Assembly: GCF_037042905.1 (NCBI RefSeq) | Contig: NC_087252.1 | Span: 9,922,001-9,986,000, forward strand | Direction of reading: 5' to 3' | Length of the DNA: 64,000 nucleotides | Source of the DNA: Lytechinus pictus | Taxonomy: Eukaryota | Shown: piece by piece, positions 15,301-30,300 of the stretch | Layout of the letters: every line of letters starts with the position of its first letter | How positions within the stretch are numbered: the first letter of the stretch is position 1 | Translations under genes and position numbers: made by a program | Notes under the pieces: generated by a model | Databases searched by the model: none | What the model was told of the DNA's origin: nothing | What the model saw: the letters and a program-made list of their open reading frames with translations, nothing else

Positions 15301-18300
15301 TTCAGACAACTGTCAGGACCACAATTGTTGATATCTGCGATGAATAAAATACAAAATTACTAAGAAATACTTGTTAGCAAACCAAACTTTCATTGCACTT
15401 AAGTACTTAAAGCAAGAGTTAAATGCAGCCGGTCTAGCGATGGGGCAAATTGTATTGAAAACATTATATTAGTATAATCCATTCGTGTATTTATGACAAA
15501 CAACTCAAGGTAAACAAGCCTATGAAACAGGATATCACAAAAAGTATTTTTTAAACTGAATCTTCTATAATATGGAACTGATATTAGTTTAGAAATACCT
15601 ATCGAACAAATACTCCCAGTAAAGCCAAGAACACAATCGCAGGTGTAAGAGTTTATTCCATCTCTACAGGTTCCGCCATTCATACAACTGTCAGGACCAC
15701 AATCGTTAATATCTGGGATGAAAAGGATACAAATGAGTATAAACAAAACTTGCTGGCAAACATATATTTCATTGCACTCATTCAAATGCATATTTAAATC
15801 AAGGGTTAAAAGCAGCCCGTCTAGCGGTGAGAGACAATGTTTTAAAAATACTTTATAGCTATGATTCATTCGTGTATTTGCAAGTCAAATAGCACAAGAT
15901 GAACAACCTGATGAAAGAGGATATAACAAAAGTAACAAATTGAATCTTTGCCGCTTGAATAATTATTAAAATGTATAATATAGAACTGACAATTTAGCAA
16001 CCTATTGAACAAATACTTCCAATAAAGCCAATAACACAATCGCAGGTGAAAGACTTTATACCATTTCTACAGGATGCACCATAACTGTCAGGAACACAAT
16101 CGTTGATGTATGTAGTAAAGACAGACTTAGTAACCTAATGTTTGTCTTCATGTCCTGTATTTTAATCCTTGTAACACGTGTTTTAAAAGTGCATTTAAAT
16201 GTTATATCGTAGCTCTTAGGGAAGCAATCTTTATTTATTCCGATCAAAACTACTTTTGAAAAAGTCGAAATAAAGGAAACAAATAAAGTATCGTTTACTT
16301 GTTGAGCAAAGTGCACCCGTGAAGCCAGTGACACAATCGCAGGTGTAAGAGTTCATTCCATCTATACACGTTCCTCCATTTATACAACTGTCAGGTGCAC
16401 AATCGTTGATATCTGCAATAATAAACATACAAAATTAGTTGATTCTTATTAACAACATCATTACTCATTTACTCGATTATATTTACTTTCATTTATTGTA
16501 ATATACATGCATATTTTAATGTATATATTAGAAGTCTATCAATTAGGCACATTACTTCGGAATTGTTTTCGTTATATAATCAATTAATTGATGATGGTGA
16601 TGACAATAATGGTAATTATAATGATAGTGATGAATCGATTGATTAATGTCTCATGCTTAAAAAATGAGAACTAAAGCAACAGCATTAACAAAACCTAACG
16701 CGACAGTACATCACAATAATTATAAAGTCGAATCTTCTTTCCTTATATAATATGTAGATCTTAGAATTTGGAATCTGATAATGTATTTGACAAATACCTA
16801 TCGAACAAATACTCCCAGTAAAGCCAAGAACACAATCGCAGGTGTAAGAGTTTATCCCATCTCTACAGGTTCCACCATTCAGACAACTGTCAGGACCACA
16901 ATTGTTGATATCTGCGATGAATAAAATACAAAATTACTAAGAAATACTTGTTAGCAAACCAAACTTTCATTGCACTTAAGTACTTAAAGCAAGAGTTAAA
17001 TGCAGCCGGTCTAGCGATGGGGCAAATTGTATTGAAAACATTATATTAGTATAATCCATTCGTGTATTTATGACAAACAACTCAAGGTAAACAAGCTGAT
17101 GAAACAGGATATCACAAAAAGTATTTTTTAAACTGAATCTTCTATAATATGAAACTGATATTAGTTTAGAAATACCTATCGAACAAATACTCCCAGTAAA
17201 GCCAAGAACACAATCGCAGGTGTAAGCGTTTATTCCATCTCTACAGGTTCCGCCATTCATACAACTGTCAGGACCACAATCGTTAATATCTGGGATGAAA
17301 AAAATACAAATGAGTATAAACAAAACTTGCTGGCAAACATATATTTCATTGCACTCATTCAAATGCATATTTAAATCAAGGGTTAAAAGCAGCCCGTCTA
17401 GCGGTGAGAGACAATGTTTTAAAAATACTTTATAGCTATGATTCATTCGTGTATTTGCAAGTCAAATAGCACAAGATGAACAACCTGATGAAAGAGGATA
17501 TAACAAAAGTAACAAATTGAATCTTCGCCGCTTGAATAATTATTAAAATGTATAATATGGAACTGACAATTTAGCAACCTATTGAACAAATACTTCCAAT
17601 AAAGCCAATAACACAATCGCAGGTGAAAGACTTTATACCATTTCTACAGGATGCACCATAACTGTCAGGAACACAATCGTTGATGTATGTAGTAAAGACA
17701 GACTTAGTAACCTAATGTTTGTCTTCATGTCCTGTATTTTAATCCTTGTAACACGTGTTTTAAAAGTGCATTTAAATGTTATATCGTAGCTCTTAGGGAA
17801 GCAATCTTTATTTATTCCGATCAAAACTACTTTTGAAAAAGTCGAAATAAAGGAAACAAATAAAGTATCGTTTACTTGTTGAGCAAAGTGCACCCGTGAA
17901 GCCAGTGACACAATCGCAGGTGTAAGAGTTTATTCCATCTATACACGTTCCTCCATTTATACAACTGTCAGGTGCACAATCGTTGATATCTGCAATAATA
18001 AACATACAAAATTAGTTGATTCTTATTAACAACATCATTACTCATTTACTCGATTATATTTACTTTCATTTATTGTAATATACATGCATATTTTAATGTA
18101 TATATTAGAAGTCTATCAATTAGGCACATTACTTCGGAATTGTTTTCGTTATATAATCAATTAATTGATGATGGTGATGACAATGATGGTAATTATAATG
18201 ATAGTGATGAATCGATTGATTAATGTCTCATGCTAAAAAAATGAGAACTAAAGCAACAGCATTAACAAAACCTAACGCGACAGTACATCACAATAATTAT

Positions 18301-21300
18301 AAAGTCGAATCTTCTTTCCTTATATAATATGTAGATCTTAGAATTTGGAATCTGATAATGTATTTGACAAATACCTATCGAACAAATACTCCCAGTAAAG
18401 CCAAGAACACAATCGCAGGTGTAAGAGTTTATCCCATCTCTACAGGTTCCACCATTCAGACAACTGTCAGGACCACAATTGTTGATATCTGCGATGAATA
18501 AAATACAAAATTACTAAGAAATACTTGTTAGCAAACCAAACTTTCATTGCACTTAAGTACTTAAAGCAAGAGTTAAATGCAGCCGGTCTAGCGATGGGGC
18601 AAATTGTATTGAAAACATTATATTAGTATAATCCATTCGTGTATTTATGACAAACAACTCAAGGTAAACAAGCCTATGAAACAGGATATCACAAAAAGTA
18701 TTTTTTAAACTGAATCTTCTATAATATGGAACTGATATTAGTTTAGAAATACCTATCGAACAAATACTCCCAGTAAAGCCAAGAACACAATCGCAGGTGT
18801 AAGAGTTTATTCCATCTCTACAGGTTCCGCCATTCATACAACTGTCAGGACCACAATCGTTAATATCTGGGATGAAAAGGATACAAATGAGTATAAACAA
18901 AACTTGCTGGCAAACATATATTTCATTGCACTCATTCAAATGCATATTTAAATCAAGGGTTAAAAGCAGCCCGTCTAGCGGTGAGAGACAATGTTTTAAA
19001 AATACTTTATAGCTATGATTCATTCGTGTATTTGCAAGTCAAATAGCACAAGATGAACAACCTGATGAAAGAGGATATAACAAAAGTAACAAATTGAATC
19101 TTTGCCGCTTGAATAATTATTAAAATGTATAATATGGAACTGACAATTTAGCAACCTATTGAACAAATACTTCCAATAAAGCCAATAACACAATCGCAGG
19201 TGAAAGACTTTATACCATTTCTACAGGATGCACCATAACTGTCAGGAACACAATCGTTGATGTATGTAGTAAAGACAGACTTAGTAACCTAATGTTTGTC
19301 TTCATGTCCTGTATTTTAATCCTTGTAACACGTGTTTTAAAAGTGCATTTAAATGTTATATCGTAGCTCTTAGGGAAGCAATCTTTATTTATTCCGATCA
19401 AAACTACTTTTGAAAAAGTCGAAATAAAGGAAACAAATAAAGTATCGTTTACTTGTTGAGCAAAGTGCACCCGTGAAGCCAGTGACACAATCGCAGGTGT
19501 AAGAGTTTATTCCATCTATACACGTTCCTCCATTTATACAACTGTCAGGTGCACAATCGTTGATATCTGCAATAATAAACATACAAAATTAGTTGATTCT
19601 TATTAACAACATCATTACTCATTTACTCGATTATATTTACTTTCATTTATTGTAATATACATGCATATTTTAATGTATATATTAGAAGTCTATCAATTAG
19701 GCACATTACTTCGGAATTGTTTTCGTTATATAATCAATTAATTGATGATGGTGATGACAATAATGGTAATTATAATGATAGTGATGAATCGATTGATTAA
19801 TGTCTCATGCTTAAAAAATGAGAACTAAAGCAACAGCATTAACAAAACCCTAACGCGACAGTACATCACAATAATTATAAAGTCGAATCTTCTTTCCTTA
19901 TATAATATGTAGATCTTAGAATTTGGAATCTGATAATGTATTTGACAAATACCTATCGAACAAATACTCCCAGTAAAGCCAAGAACACAATCGCAGGTGT
20001 AAGAGTTTATCCCATCTCTACAGGTTCCACCATTCAGACAACTGTCAGGACCACAATTGTTGATATCTGCGATGAATAAAATACAAAATTACTAAGAAAT
20101 ACTTGTTAGCAAACCAAACTTTCATTGCACTTAAGTACTTAAAGCAAGAGTTAAATGCAGCCGGTCTAGCGATGGGGCAAATTGTATTGAAAACATTATA
20201 TTAGTATAATCCATTCGTGTATTTATGACAAACAACTCAAGGTAAACAAGCTGATGAAACAGGATATCACAAAAAGTATTTTTTAAACTGAATCTTCTAT
20301 AATATGAAACTGATATTAGTTTAGAAATACCTATCGAACAAATACTCCCAGTAAAGCCAAGAACACAATCGCAGGTGTAAGCGTTTATTCCATCTCTACA
20401 GGTTCCGCCATTCATACAACTGTCAGGACCACAATCGTTAATATCTGGGATGAAAAAAATACAAATGAGTATAAACAAAACTTGCTGGCAAACATATATT
20501 TCATTGCACTCATTCAAATGCATATTTAAATCAAGGGTTAAAAGCAGCCCGTCTAGCGGTGAGAGACAATGTTTTAAAAATACTTTATAGCTATGATTCA
20601 TTCGTGTATTTGCAAGTCAAATAGCACAAGATGAACAACCTGATGAAAGAGGATATAACAAAAGTAACAAATTGAATCTTCGCCGCTTGAATAATTATTA
20701 AAATGTATAATATGGAACTGACAATTTAGCAACCTATTGAACAAATACTTCCAATAAAGCCAATAACACAATCGCAGGTGAAAGACTTTATACCATTTCT
20801 ACAGGATGCACCATAACTGTCAGGAACACAATCGTTGATGTATGTAGTAAAGACAGACTTAGTAACCTAATGTTTGTCTTCATGTCCTGTATTTTAATCC
20901 TTGTAACACGTGTTTTAAAAGTGCATTTAAATGTTATATCGTAGCTCTTAGGGAAGCAATCTTTATTTATTCCGATCAAAACTACTTTTGAAAAAGTCGA
21001 AATAAAGAAAACAAATAAAGTATCGTTTACTTGTTGAGCAAAGTGCACCCGTGAAGCCAGTGACACAATCGCAGGTGTAAGAGTTTATTCCATCTATACA
21101 CGTTCCTCCATTTATACAACTGTCAGGTGCACAATCGTTGATATCTGCAATAATAAACATACAAAATTAGTTGATTCTTATTAACAACATCATTACTCAT
21201 TTACTCGATTATATTTACTTTCATTTATTGTAATATACATGCATATTTTAATGTATATATTAGAAGTCTATCAATTAGGCACATTACTTCGGAATTGTTT

Positions 21301-24300
21301 TCGTTATATAATCAATTAATTGATGATGGTGATGACAATAATGGTAATTATAATGATAGTGATGAATCGATTGATTAATGTCTCATGCTTAAAAAATGAG
21401 AACTAAAGCAACAGCATTAACAAACCCTAACGCGACAGTACATCACAATAATTATAAAGTCGAATCTTCTTTCCTTATATAATATGTAGATCTTAGAATT
21501 TGGAATCTGATAATGTATTTGACAAATACCTATCGAACAAATACTCCCAGTAAAGCCAAGAACACAATCGCAGGTGTAAAAGTTTATCCCATCTCTACAG
21601 GTTCCACCATTCAGACAACTGTCAGGACCACAATTGTTGATATCTGCGATGAATAAAATACAAAATTACTAAGAAATACTTGTTAGCAAACCAAACTTTC
21701 ATTGCACTTAAGTACTTAAAGCAAGAGTTAAATGCAGCCGGTCTAGCGATGGGGCAAATTGTATTGAAAACATTATATTAGTATAATCCATTCGTGTATT
21801 TATGACAAACAACTCAAGGTAAACAAGCCTATGAAACAGGATATCACAAAAAGTATTTTTTAAACTGAATCTTCTATAATATGGAACTGATATTAGTTTA
21901 GAAATACCTATCGAACAAATACTCCCAGTAAAGCCAAGAACACAATCGCAGGTGTAAGCGTTTATTCCATCTCTACAGGTTCCGCCATTCATACAACTGT
22001 CAGGACCACAATCGTTAATATCTGGGATGAAAAGGATACAAATGAGTATAAACAAAACTTGCTGGCAAACATATATTTCATTGCACTCATTCAAATGCAT
22101 ATTTAAATCAAGGGTTAAAAGCAGCCCGTCTAGCGGTGAGAGACAATGTTTTAAAAATACTTTATAGCTATGATTCATTCGTGTATTTGCAAGTCAAATA
22201 GCACAAGATGAACAACCTGATGAAAGAGGATATAACAAAAGTAACAAATTGAATCTTCGCCGCTTGAATAATTATTAAAATGTATAATATGGAACTGACA
22301 ATTTAGCAACCTATTGAACAAATACTTCCAATAAAGCCAATAACACAATCGCAGGTGAAAGACTTTATACCATTTCTACAGGATGCACCATAACTGCCAG
22401 GAACACAATCGTTGATGTATGTAGTAAAGACAGACTTAGTAACCTAATGTTTGTCTTAATGTCCTGTATTTTAATCTTTGTAACACGTGTTTTAAAAGTG
22501 CATTTAAATGTTATATCGTAGCTCTTAGGGAAGCAATCTTTATTTATTCCGATCAAAACTACTTTTGAAAAAGTCGAAATAAAGGAAACAAATAAAGTAT
22601 CGTTTACTTGTTGAGCAAAGTGCACCCGTGAAGCCAGTGACACAATCGCAGGTGTAAGAGTTTATTCCATCTATACACGTTCCTCCATTTATACAACTGT
22701 CAGGTGCACAATCGTTGATATCTGCAATAATAAACATACAAAATTAGTTGATTCTTATTAACAACATCATTACTCATTTACTCGATTATATTTACTTTCA
22801 TTTATTGTAATATACATGCATATTTTAATGTATATATTAGAAGTCTATCAATTAGGCACATTACTTCGGAATTGTTTTCGTTATATAATCAATTAATTGA
22901 TGATGGTGATGACAATAATGGTAATTATAATGATAGTGATGAATCGATTGATTAATGTCTCATGCTTAAAAAATGAGAACTAAAGCAACAGCATTAACAA
23001 AACCCTAACGCGACAGTACATCACAATAATTATAAAGTCGAATCTTCTTTCCTTATATAATATGTAGATCTTAGAATTTGGAATCTGATAATGTATTTGA
23101 CAAATACCTATCGAACAAATACTCCCAGTAAAGCCAAGAACACAATCGCAGGTGTAAGAGTTTATCCCATCTCTACAGGTTCCACCATTCAGACAACTGT
23201 CAGGACCACAATTGTTGATATCTGCGATGAATAAAATACAAAATTACTAAGAAATACTTGTTAGCAAACCAAACTTTCATTGCACTTAAGTACTTACAGC
23301 AAGAGTTAAATGCAGCCGGTCTAGCGATGGGGCAAATTGTATTGAAAACATTATATTAGTATAATCCATTCGTGTATTTATGACAAACAACTCAAGGTAA
23401 ACAAGCTGATGAAACATGATATCACAAAAAGTATTTTTTAAACTGAATCTTCTATAATATGGAACTGATATTAGTTTAGAAATACCTATCGAACAAATAC
23501 TCCCAGTAAAGCCAAGAACACAATCGCAGGTGTAAGAGTTTATTCCATCTCTACAGGTTCCGCCATTCATACAACTGTCAGGACCACAATCGTTAATATC
23601 TGGGATGAAAACGATACAAATGAGTATAAACAAAACTTGCTGGCAAACATATATTTCATTGCATTCATTCAAACGCATATTTAAATCAAGGTTTAAAAGC
23701 AGCCAGTCTAGCGGTGAGAGACAATGTTTTAAAAATACTTTATAGCTATGATTCATTCGTGTATTTGCAAGTCAAATAGCACAAGATGAACAACCTGATG
23801 AAAGAGGATATAACAAAAGTAACAAATTGAATCTTCGCCGCTTGAATAATTGATAAAATGTATAATATGGAACTGACAATTTAGCAACCTATTAAACAAA
23901 TACTTCCAATAAAGCCAATAACACAATCGCAGGTGAAAGACTTTATATCATTTCTACAGGATGCACCATAACTGTCAGGAACACAACCGTTGATGTATGT
24001 AGTAAAGACAGACTTAGTAACCTAATGTTCATTGTCTTCATGTCCTGTATTTCAAGTATTGTAATACGTCTTTCAAGAGTGCATTTAAATGTTATATCGT
24101 AGTTCTTAGGGAAGTATTCTATATTCATTCCGAAGAAAACTACTTTTGAAAATGTCGAAATAAAGGAAACAAATAAAGTATCGTTTACTTGTTGAGCAAA
24201 GTGCACCCGTGAAACCAGCAGCACAATCGCAGGTGTAAGAGTATATTCCATCTCTACACGTTCCTCCATTCATACACCGGTCAGGTGCACAATCGTTGAT

Positions 24301-27300
24301 ATCTGCGATAATTAACATACACAATTAGTTAATTCTCATTAACAACATCATTACTCATTTACTCGATTCTATTTACTTTCATTCATTGTAATATACATGC
24401 ATATTTTAATGTAAATATTAGAAGTCTATCAATAAGGTACATCACTTCAGATTTTTTTTCGTTATATAATAAATAAATTGATGATGGTAATGACAATAAT
24501 GATAATTATAATGATGGTGATGATGATGATGAATTGATTGATTAATGTCTCATGTTTAAAAAAATGACAACTAAAACAACAACATTAACAATAACCTAAC
24601 GCGACAGTACATCACAATAATTATAAAGTCGAATCTTCTTTCCTTGTATAATATGTAGAACCTAACATTTTTAATCTGATAATGTATTTGACAAATACCT
24701 ATCGAACAAATACTCCCAGTAAAGCCAGCAACACAATCGCAGGTGTAAGAGTTTATTCCATCTCTACAGGTTCCTCCATTCATACAACTAACATGACCAC
24801 ACTCGTTGATATCTGCGATGAATAAGATACACAATTAGTTCATTCTTATTAACAACATCATTACTTATTTACTCGATTATATTTACTTTCATTCATTGTT
24901 ATATACATGCATATTTTAATGTAAATATTAGAAGTCTATCAATTAGGCACATCACTTCGGATTTTTTTTTTCGTTATATAATCAATTAATTGATGATGTT
25001 GATGACAATAATGATAATTATAATGATGGTGATGATAATGATGATGATCTTGATAAATTGATTGATTAATGTCTCATGCTTAAAAAAATGAGAACTAAAA
25101 CAACAACATTAACAATAACCTAACGCGACAGTACATCACAATAATTATAAAGTCGAATCTTCTTTCCTTATATAATATGTAGATCTTAGAATTTTAAATC
25201 TGATAATGTATTTGACAAATACCTATCGAACAAATACTCCCAGTAAAGCCAAGAACACAATCGCAGGTGAAAGAGTTTATCCCATCTCTACAGGTTCCAC
25301 CATTCAGACAACTGTCAGGACCACAATTGTTGATATCTGCGATGAATAAAATACAAAATTACTAAGAAATACTTGTTAGCAAACCAAACTTTCATTGCAC
25401 TTAAGTACTTAAAGCAAGAGTTAAATGCAGCCGGTCTAGCGATGGGGCAAATTGTATTGAAAACATTATATTAGTATAATCCATTCGTGTATTTATGACA
25501 AACAACTCAAGGTAAACAAGCCTATGAAACAGGATATCACAAAAAGTATTTTTTAAACTGAATCTTCTATAATATGGAACTGATATTAGTTTAGAAATAC
25601 CTATCGAACAAATACTCCCAGTAAAGCCAAGAACACAATCGCAGGTGTAAGCGTTTATTCCATCTCTACAGGTTCCGCCATTCATACAACTGTCAGGACC
25701 ACAATCGTTAATATCTGGGATGAAAAGGATACAAATGAGTATAAACAAAACTTGCTGGCAAACATATATTTCATTGCACTCATTCAAATGCATATTTAAA
25801 TCAAGGGTTAAAAGCAGCCCGTCTAGCGGTGAGAGACAATGTTTTAAAAATACTTTATAGCTATGATTCATTCGTGTATTTGCAAGTCAAATAGCACAAG
25901 ATGAACAACCTGATGAAAGAGGATATAACAAAAGTAACAAATTGAATCTTCGCCGCTTGAATAATTATTAAAATGTATAATATGGAACTGACAATTTAGC
26001 AACCTATTGAACAAATACTTCCAATAAAGCCAATAACACAATCGCAGGTGAAAGACTTTATACCATTTCTACAGGATGCACCATAACTGTCAGGAACACA
26101 ATCGTTGATGTATGTAGTAAAGACAGACTTAGTAACCTAATGTTTGTCTTAATGTCCTGTATTTTAATCCTTGTAACACGTGTTTTAAAAGTGCATTTAA
26201 ATGTTATATCGTAGCTCTTAGGGAAGCAATCTTTATTTATTCCGATCAAAACTACTTTTGAAAAAGTCGAAATAAAGGAAACAAATAAAGTATCGTTTAC
26301 TTGTTGAGCAAAGTGCACCCGTGAAGCCAGTGACACAATCGCAGGTGTAAGAGTTTATTCCATCTATACACGTTCCTCCATTTATACAACTGTCAGGTGC
26401 ACAATCGTTGATATCTGCAATAATAAACATACAAAATTAGTTGATTCTTATTAACAACATCATTACTCATTTACTCGATTATATTTACTTTCATTTATTG
26501 TAATATACATGCATATTTTAATGTATATATTAGAAGTCTATCAATTAGGCACATTACTTCGGAATTGTTTTCGTTATATAATCAATTAATTGATGATGGT
26601 GATGACAATAATGGTAATTATAATGATAGTGATGAATCGATTGATTAATGTCTCATGCTTAAAAAATGAGAACTAAAGCAACAGCATTAACAAAACCCTA
26701 ACGCGACAGTACATCACAATAATTATAAAGTCGAATCTTCTTTCCTTATATAATATGTAGATCTTAGAATTTGGAATCTGATAATGTATTTGACAAATAC
26801 CTATCGAACAAATACTCCCAGTAAAGCCAAGAACACAATCGCAGGTGTAAGAGTTTATCCCATCTCTACAGGTTCCACCATTCAGACAACTGTCAGGACC
26901 ACAATTGTTGATATCTGCGATGAATAAAATACAAAATTACTAAGAAATACTTGTTAGCAAACCAAACTTTCATTGCACTTAAGTACTTAAAGCAAGAGTT
27001 AAATGCAGCCGGTCTAGCGATGGGGCAAATTGTATTGAAAACATTATATTAGTATAATCCATTCGTGTATTTATGACAAACAACTCAAGGTAAACAAGCT
27101 GATGAAACATGATATCACAAAAAGTATTTTTTAAACTGAATCTTCTATAATATGGAACTGATATTAGTTTAGAAATACCTATCGAACAAATACTCCCAGT
27201 AAAGCCAAGAACACAATCGCAGGTGTAAGAGTTTATTCCATCTCTACAGGTTCCGCCATTCATACAACTGTCAGGACCACAATCGTTAATATCTGGGATG

Positions 27301-30300
27301 AAAACGATACAAATGAGTATAAACAAAACTTGCTGGCAAACATATATTTCATTGCATTCATTCAAACGCATATTTAAATCAAGGTTTAAAAGCAGCCAGT
27401 CTAGCGGTGAGAGACAATGTTTTAAAAATACTTTATAGCTATGATTCATTCGTGTATTTGCAAGTCAAATAGCACAAGATGAACAACCTGATGAAAGAGG
27501 ATATAACAAAAGTAACAAATTGAATCTTCGCCGCTTGAATAATTGATAAAATGTATAATATGGAACTGACAATTTAGCAACCTATTAAACAAATACTTCC
27601 AATAAAGCCAATAACACAATCGCAGGTGAAAGACTTTATATCATTTCTACAGGATGCACCATAACTGTCAGGAACACAACCGTTGATGTATGTAGTAAAG
27701 ACAGACTTAGTAACCTAATGTTCATTGTCTTCATGTCCTGTATTTCAAGTATTGTAATACGTCTTTCAAGAGTGCATTTAAATGTTATATCGTAGTTCTT
27801 AGGGAAGTATTCTATATTCATTCCGAAGAAAACTACTTTTGAAAATGTCGAATTAAAGGAAACAAATAAAGTATCGTTTACTTGTTGAGCAAAGTGCACC
27901 CGTGAAACCAGCAGCACAATCGCAGGTGTAAGAGTATATTCCATCTCTACACGTTCCTCCATTCATACACCGGTCAGGTGCACAATCGTTGATATCTGCG
28001 ATTATTAACATACACAATTAGTTAATTCTTATTAACAACATCATTACTCATTTACTCGATTCTATTTACTTTCATTCATTGTTACATACATGCATATTTT
28101 AATGTAAATATTAGAAGTCTATCAATAAGGTACATCACTTCAGATTTTTTTTCGTTATATAATAAATAAATTGATGATGGTAATGACAATAATGATAATT
28201 ATAATGATGGTGATGATGATGATGAATTGATTGATTAATGTCTCATGTTTAAAAAAATGACAACTAAAACAACAACATTAACAATAACCTAACGCGACAG
28301 TACATCACAATAATTATAAAGTCGAATCTTCTTTCCTTGTATAATATGTAGAACCTAAAATTTTTAATCTGATAATGTATTTGACAAATACCTATCGAAC
28401 AAATACTCCCAGTAAAGCCAGCAACACAATCGCAGGTGTAAGAGTTTATTCCATCTCTACAGGTTCCTCCATTCATACAACTAACATGACCACACTCGTT
28501 GATATCTGCGATGAATAAGATACACAATTAGTTCATTCTTATTAACAACATCATTACTTATTTACTCGATTATATTTACTTTCATTCATTGTTATATACA
28601 TGCATATTTTAATGTAAATATTAGAAGTCTATCAATTAGGCACATCACTTCGGATTTTTTTTTTCGTTATATAATCAATTAATTGATGATGTTGATGACA
28701 ATAATGATAATTATAATGATGGTGATGATAATGATGATGATTTTGATAAATTGATTGATTAATGTCTCATGCTTAAAAAAATGAGAACTAAAACAACAAC
28801 ATTACCAATAACCTAACGCGACAGTACATCACAATAATTATAAAGTCGAATCTTCTTTCCTTATATAATATGTAGATCTTAGAATTTTAAATCTGATAAT
28901 GTATTTGACAAATACCTATCGAACAAATACTCCCAGTAAAGCCAAGAACACAATCGCAGGTGAAAGAGTTTATCCCATCTCTACAGGTTCCACCATTCAG
29001 ACAACTGTCAGGACCACAATTGTTGATATCTGCGATGAATAAAATACAAAATTACTAAGAAATACTTGTTAGCAAACCAAACTTTCATTGCACTTAAGTA
29101 CTTAAAGCAAGCGTTAAATGCAGCCGGTCTAGCGATGGGGCAAATTGTATTGAAAACATTATATTAGTATAATCCATTCGTGTATTTATGACAAACAACT
29201 CAAGGTAAACAAGCCTATGAAACAGGATATCACAAAAAGTATTTTTTAAACTGAATCTTCTATAATATGGAACTGATATTAGTTTAGAAATACCTATCGA
29301 ACAAATACTCCCAGTAAAGCCAAGAACACAATCGCAGGTGTAAGCGTTTATTCCATCTCTACAGGTTCCGCCATTCATACAACTGTCAGGACCACAATCG
29401 TTAATATCTGGGATGAAAAGGATACAAATGAGTATAAACAAAACTTGCTGGCAAACATATATTTCATTGCACTCATTCAAATGCATATTTAAATCAAGGG
29501 TTAAAAGCAGCCCGTCTAGCGGTGAGAGACAATGTTTTAAAAATACTTTATAGCTATGATTCATTCGTGTATTTGCAAGTCAAATAGCACAAGATGAACA
29601 ACCTGATGAAAGAGGATATAACAAAAGTAACAAATTGAATCTTCGCCGCTTGAATAATTATTAAAATGTATAATATGGAACTGACAATTTAGCAACCTAT
29701 TGAACAAATACTTCCAATAAAGCCAATAACACAATCGCAGGTGAAAGACTTTATACCATTTCTACAGGATGCACCATAACTGTCAGGAACACAATCGTTG
29801 ATGTATGTAGTAAAGACAGACTTAGTAACCTAATGTTTGTCTTAATGTCCTGTATTTTAATCCTTGTAACACGTGTTTTAAAAGTGCATTTAAATGTTAT
29901 ATCGTAGCTCTTAGGGAAGCAATCTTTATTTATTCCGATCAAAACTACTTTTGAAAAAGTCGAAATAAAGGAAACAAATAAAGTATCGTTTACTTGTTGA
30001 GCAAAGTGCACCCGTGAAGCCAGTGACACAATCGCAGGTGTAAGAGTTTATTCCATCTATACACGTTCCTCCATTTATACAACTGTCAGGTGCACAATCG
30101 TTGATATCTGCAATAATAAACATACAAAATTAGTTGATTCTTATTAACAACATCATTACTCATTTACTCGATTATATTTACTTTCATTTATTGTAATATA
30201 CATGCATATTTTAATGTATATATTAGAAGTCTATCAATTAGGCACATTACTTCGGAATTGTTTTCGTTATATAATCAATTAATTGATGATGGTGATGACA

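Larger units (their letters stand above)
1..21706. repeat. Tandem array of 1577/1578-bp exon-intron monomers (A, psi-B, C, D); one monomer is shortened to 1200 bp
   Basis: Recurrent ORFs are spaced 1577/1578 bp apart. Units, introns included, differ by only a handful of bases. Confidence 0.97.
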
